The notes beneath the pieces were generated by a model. The model ran no database searches, was not told where the DNA came from, and saw only the letters and a program-made list of their open reading frames with translations. DNA of 64,000 nucleotides from Phycisphaerae bacterium (lineage in GTDB: Bacteria > Planctomycetota > Phycisphaerae > UBA1845): the NCBI GenBank assembly GCA_963666835.2, contig CAXXGO010000006.1, positions 1,792,001 to 1,856,000 of the forward strand, read 5' to 3'. A program made the translations under genes and the position numbers. Below, one piece after another: positions 59,605 to 64,000 of the stretch. The stretch's first letter is position 1. Each line of letters opens with the position of its first letter.

Positions 59605-62133
59605 TCAGGTCTCGTCGGTGTTGCCGGCGCCGACCGGTTCCGGTTCTTTGTCGTTCCCGACAGTCACACCTTCGAGCAGCAGTCCGAGTTCCTGTTCCTC
59701 GCCCTCCGTCTCCGGCTTGGCCGAGGCGATGACCTTGTTGTTGCCGGCGAACTCTCCGCGGAGCATTGCCTCGGACAAGGCGTCTTCGAGGAACTGCTCG
59801 ATAGCACGACGAAGCGGCCGGGCTCCGAATTTCTCGTCCGTGCCGTGCTCGATCAGGAAATTCTTGGCGTCCGGGCGGACATCCAGTTCCATGCCCTGGT
59901 CTTTCAGACGCTTGGCCAGCTTAGCGAGTTCGAGATCGATGATATCGATCATATCCTCGTGGGTGAGCTTCCGGAACACGATGATCTCGTCCAGTCGGTT
60001 GAGGAACTCCGGACGGAAGTAATCCTCGAGCTCGTTTTTGAGGGTGTCCTTCATCTTGCCGTAGGTGACGTCCACATCGCGCTTCTGGAACCCGAACTCC
60101 TCCTGATGAGTGATACGGTGGGCCCCGATGTTGCTCGTCATGATGAGGATCACGTTCTTGAAATCAACGTGGCGGCCGAACGAATCGGTCAGGCGACCTT
60201 CTTCCATGATCTGCAGGAGCATGTTGAAGACGTCCGGGTGAGCCTTCTCGATTTCGTCGAGCAGGATGACGGTATAGGGTCGGCGGCGAATCCGCTCGGT
60301 TAGCTGTCCGCCTTCTTCATACCCTACGTATCCCGGAGGTGCTCCGATCAGCCGCGAGACGTTGTGCTTCTCCATGTATTCCGACATGTCGAGCACGAAA
60401 AGCGCTTCCGGATCGCCGAACATGAACTCCGCCAGGCACTTGGCGAGATAGGTTTTCCCTACACCCGATGGCCCCACGAAGACGAAGCTGCCCATTGGCC
60501 GGTTCGGGTCCTTCAGGCCGCTTCGGCTGCGCCGTACGGCGCGGGAGACTGCTTCGACGGCCTCGTTCTGGCTGACCACGCGCTTGTGCAGTTCGGCTTC
60601 GAGCTGGAGCAAACGCCCGGCCTCGTCGCTGCCCATACGGGTAAGCGGAATGCCGGTCATACTGCTGATGACCTCGGCAATGACCTCATCGTCGACCACG
60701 CCGTCGATTTCCTTGCTGCGCTCCCGCCACTCTTTCTGCATGGCTCGTTTCTTCAGCTTGATTGAGTCAATCTGGTCGCGAACCTGCGCCGCCCGCTCAT
60801 AGTCGGCGTTCTTGACGGCCTCGTCCTTCTCTGCGGCGAGCTGCTCCAGTTCATGTTCCAGATCAGTAAGATCCGGCGGCTTAGTCATGGACTTCAGCCG
60901 GACGCGGGCTCCCGCCTCATCCATAACATCGATCGACTTATCCGGCTGGACGCGCGGGATGTAGCGGTTGGACAGATCAACCGCTGATTCCAAGGCGATG
61001 TCGGTGATCTGGACCCGGTGATGGGCTTCGTACCGATCGCGCAGCCCCTTGAGGATCTCCATTGTCTCGTCCCGATTGGGGGGTTCGACAATGATCTGCT
61101 GGAAGCGGCGTTCGAGGGCGGTGTCTTTCTCGATGTACTTGCGATATTCGTCGAGGGTCGTCGCCCCGATGCACTGGATCTCACCGCGACTCAACGCGGG
61201 CTTGAGCACGTTGGAAGCGTCGATTGCACCCTCGGCCCCTCCGGCACCGACCAGAGTATGCAGCTCGTCGATGAACAAGATTACGTTACCCGCCCGGCGG
61301 ACCTCGTTCATCACCGCCTTGATGCGCTCTTCGAACTGGCCGCGGTACTTGGTTCCTGCCACCATCATCGCCAAATCCAGCACGACGATGCGATGATCGG
61401 CGAGCAGCTCCGGAATGTCATTCATGACAATCTTCTGGGCGAGCCCCTCGACGATAGCGGTCTTGCCCACGCCGGCTTCCCCGAGCAACACGGGGTTGTT
61501 CTTCTGTCTCCGGCAGAGAATCTGGATGATCCGCTCGATTTCGGGATGGCGGCCGATGACCGGGTCCAGTTTGCCCTGGCGAGCGTACTCGGTCAGATCA
61601 CGTCCGAACGAATCGAGAGCGGGGGTCTTGCTCTTGCCCTTCTTGGGCTCAACGCTGCCGCCCACGACGGGACCGCCGACTTCCTCGGTCTCATCCGACG
61701 CTCCGAGGAGGTTGAGAACCTCCTCGCGAACGTCCTCGAGACGGAGGTTGAGATTCATGAGCACTTGGGCGGCCACTCCGTCTTGCTCGCGCAAGAGTCC
61801 GAGCAGCAGGTGTTCCGTGCCGACGTAGTTGTGATTCAGGTTCCGGGCTTCCTCGATGGCGTACTCGATCACCTTCTTGGCCCGCGGGGTCTGCGGTAGC
61901 TTGCCCATGGTCACGGTCTCGGGTCCGCTCTTGACGAGCTTCTCAACCTCGAGCCGCACCTTGCGCAGGTCGACATCCAGGTTCTTCAGCACGTTTGCGC
62001 CGACCCCTGATCCTTCCTTGACCAGACCGAGGAGGATGTGCTCCGTACCAATATACTCGTGGTTAAAGCGCTGTGCCTCTTGATTGGCGAGCGCCATCAC
62101 CTTGCGTGCACGGTCCGTAAAACGCTCGAACAT
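59605..62133 (-). CDS. clpC: ATP-dependent Clp protease ATP-binding subunit ClpC
   Basis: [16 protein letters not shown]lp-N repeats; two AAA modules ([16 protein letters not shown]); UVR-type middle domain; GARPLRRAI. Confidence 0.95.
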   Translation of the reverse strand: MFERFTDRARKVMALANQEAQRFNHEYIGTEHILLGLVKEGSGVGANVLKNLDVDLRKVRLEVEKLVKSGPETVTMGKLPQTPRAKKVIEYAIEEARNLNHNYVGTEHLLLGLLREQDGVAAQVLMNLNLRLEDVREEVLNLLGASDETEEVGGPVVGGSVEPKKGKSKTPALDSFGRDLTEYARQGKLDPVIGRHPEIERIIQILCRRQKNNPVLLGEAGVGKTAIVEGLAQKIVMNDIPELLADHRIVVLDLAMMVAGTKYRGQFEERIKAVMNEVRRAGNVILFIDELHTLVGAGGAEGAIDASNVLKPALSRGEIQCIGATTLDEYRKYIEKDTALERRFQQIIVEPPNRDETMEILKGLRDRYEAHHRVQITDIALESAVDLSNRYIPRVQPDKSIDVMDEAGARVRLKSMTKPPDLTDLEHELEQLAAEKDEAVKNADYERAAQVRDQIDSIKLKKRAMQKEWRERSKEIDGVVDDEVIAEVISSMTGIPLTRMGSDEAGRLLQLEAELHKRVVSQNEAVEAVSRAVRRSRSGLKDPNRPMGSFVFVGPSGVGKTYLAKCLAEFMFGDPEALFVLDMSEYMEKHNVSRLIGAPPGYVGYEEGGQLTERIRRRPYTVILLDEIEKAHPDVFNMLLQIMEEGRLTDSFGRHVDFKNVILIMTSNIGAHRITHQEEFGFQKRDVDVTYGKMKDTLKNELEDYFRPEFLNRLDEIIVFRKLTHEDMIDIIDLELAKLAKRLKDQGMELDVRPDAKNFLIEHGTDEKFGARPLRRAIEQFLEDALSEAMLRGEFAGNNKVIASAKPETEGEEQELGLLLEGVTVGNDKEPEPVGAGNTDET

Positions 62134-62680
62134 CTCTGCGCCTCTCCTTGGTATCAGCGCCGACTGAATCCGCCCCAACGGAGGAGGAACCATGTCGGAA
62201 TCGCAGTCTCTCTCGGCAGCAGCCTATTGCCATACCGACAGACTATCGCAGGCAGATCGGCGACCGTAACGGCAGCCCCGGACGTGCTGCTCCAGGGTTT
62301 AGTCCACCCGCCGGCTCTCCATGCAAGCCTGTTGTTCACTTGAAGCAGCGCGGCGGATTCTATCACTGCCCCTTGTCTTGCTCAACTTACGGTGCGCCTC
62401 TCGTCGACCGCTGCTATGGATGTATCGACATCCTGCCGCCATCTAATGAAAGCCCGTCGGCTGGTTCCGGCCGTCTCTGCTTATCCGCTCTCAGCAAGAA
62501 GTACCCGGACGCTGCCCGTGCAATCTGTGTTCTCCTTCCGCCGAGAGTGGTATTTGTGGGCCTAACCGGTAGACTTCCCGGTAAGGAGCCTGCGGGCTGC
62601 CGAGACCTTCGGGAGGCTATCCGGACGTTCCTTGTGCGCAAACATTGCCGAACAGACCGCGAATCCCCGGTAGAGGCATT

Positions 62681-64000
62681 ATGAACCAAGCCATCACCGA
62701 AGCGTTGGAGATCGTGGCTCGCGAAGGGGTCTGTTTGCGCCGTGACTGGCGTTTGGCTTGGCCTGCGCCGATGCAGGAACTTGTCTACCGTTTTAGGCTC
62801 TGGGAACCGGGGTCTCCGGGGCCGATACTCGTGGCGGTAATGGGCGGGGCGTCGTCGGGCAAGAGTACGGTTTTCAATAATCTGCTTGGCGGGCATCTCA
62901 CCAGTCGGATCACTGCTCGAGGGCACGCGACGCGGGGCCCGATCCTGGCGGTACACGAGGACCAGCGGGAGCGAATCGAGCAACTTCTGGGCGACGGGCG
63001 GCTGCTGCCCGGGCTCCGCCGTGTTCCAATCGAGCTGGACGGCAATGTGTCCGGAGAGCCGGATGCGGTGGCTATGCTGTACCACCATCTGGATCCTCTT
63101 CGCAATATACTACTGTTCGACATGCCGGACCTGACCTCCCAGGCATCGGCGACCGAAGGTGAGGTTGCTCTTACCTTGCTCCCCTGGTTTGACCGGCTCG
63201 TGGTAGTTGTGGACCACGAGCGTTGGTTCGATCGCCAGACGGTCTCCGAACTGCGCGCCTATTCGGTTCGCTCCGGGCAGGATCGCCTGGTTCTGTTCAA
63301 CCGGACCCGCGAGGAAGATCTTGCCGACGAGGACGAGGCTGCTCTTCGCGTTCAGGCTGAACGGCTTGCTGCTCAACGTATGCTCGTTCTCGGGTTTCGC
63401 CGGGGGCGGGGTTTCTGTCTGTTCGTCCCCGGCACACTGGATGAAGTTGTCGCTTTTCTGGCGACCCCCGGGCCGAAGCGAACGGGAGCGATGATCCGCC
63501 AGTTGTCCGAGGCCGCCAACCGGGTGCTCAACGAGAACGAGGAGAGGGCGGTTGGGTTGGCCAAGCTGCACGAGTCCCTTGGTGCGGCGGTTGCCCGAGT
63601 TTTGCCTTCGACGTGGGATTGCATGACGTCGCAAATGACCCCGCGGGAACGCAAGCAGCTCGAGGTGTTTTCCCGGATCTTCCGGCTCTACGAGACAGGG
63701 AGTTGGTTCACCGCCCAGACGCGTCGCGTCCGCAGTGCGCTGCAGGGCATTCCGGGGATTGGGGTGCTCCTGCGGTCTGCGCCGCCGCCGGATGAACCTA
63801 TTGATGACAACGCGGACCGGATTACGGTGACTAAGGCGTTCTACCAGTCGACGGCCCAGCGTCAGATTCACGAGGTTCAACGGGTGGTCCGAGCCAGCAA
63901 GTTCTGGAGCGAGCTGGAACGATGGACGGGGCAGCGACCCTCGGCGCGGGCTTTTGAATGGACGCCCGCGCTGGTAAGTGAGGTTCAGGGGGTGGCGGAG
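62681..64000 (+). CDS. P-loop GTPase-domain protein (Era/dynamin-like), 3' end outside the window
   Basis: Hand translation from ATG 62681: MNQAITEALE...VAVMGGASSGKSTVFNNLL...HATRG...LLFDMPD (G1, G2, G3). Absent from the ORF track, consistent with no stop before the window end. Confidence 0.75.
   Translation, partial: MNQAITEALEIVAREGVCLRRDWRLAWPAPMQELVYRFRLWEPGSPGPILVAVMGGASSGKSTVFNNLLGGHLTSRITARGHATRGPILAVHEDQRERIEQLLGDGRLLPGLRRVPIELDGNVSGEPDAVAMLYHHLDPLRNILLFDMPDLTSQASATEGEVALTLLPWFDRLVVVVDHERWFDRQTVSELRAYSVRSGQDRLVLFNRTREEDLADEDEAALRVQAERLAAQRMLVLGFRRGRGFCLFVPGTLDEVVAFLATPGPKRTGAMIRQLSEAANRVLNENEERAVGLAKLHESLGAAVARVLPSTWDCMTSQMTPRERKQLEVFSRIFRLYETGSWFTAQTRRVRSALQGIPGIGVLLRSAPPPDEPIDDNADRITVTKAFYQSTAQRQIHEVQRVVRASKFWSELERWTGQRPSARAFEWTPALVSEVQGVAE

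Overview
GC-rich bacterial window, most likely Planctomycetota (Phycisphaerae-like; inferred from the ECF sigma/Ser-Thr kinase pair and the Cys-rich secreted proteins). About 1-42.6 kb looks like one integrated element ending in a 3' fragment of tRNA-Arg(CCT) at 42583-42628, a probable att site; its left end and integrase are outside the window. Its left part has a TOPRIM gene, an excisionase-like HTH gene, a type I RM operon lacking hsdM, and an IS66 scar. Next comes a complete type III-B CRISPR-Cas locus: cmr1-6 with an HD-less Cas10, a Cas6-RT-Cas1 fusion, cas2, a 27-repeat array, a 4TM-CARF effector and a Csx3 ring nuclease. Then follow secreted/surface protein genes, including a 2758-aa multidomain protein, and an ECF sigma + WD40 kinase. 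The right end is a phage-like module: lambda-like cos sequence, ParB-like gene, radical SAM gene and small-terminase-like gene, with no large terminase. Right of the att site is ordinary host sequence (OprB porin, S41 and C1A peptidases, an IS4 inside a REP-like palindrome, DUF418, Usp, cold-shock protein, MscS, ClpC, a GTPase). The most striking observation is that most CRISPR spacers are antisense to what look like translation-initiation regions (Shine-Dalgarno and/or ATG), which suggests an RT-fed array sampling mRNA 5' ends. All calls are from reading motifs by eye; no searches were run.
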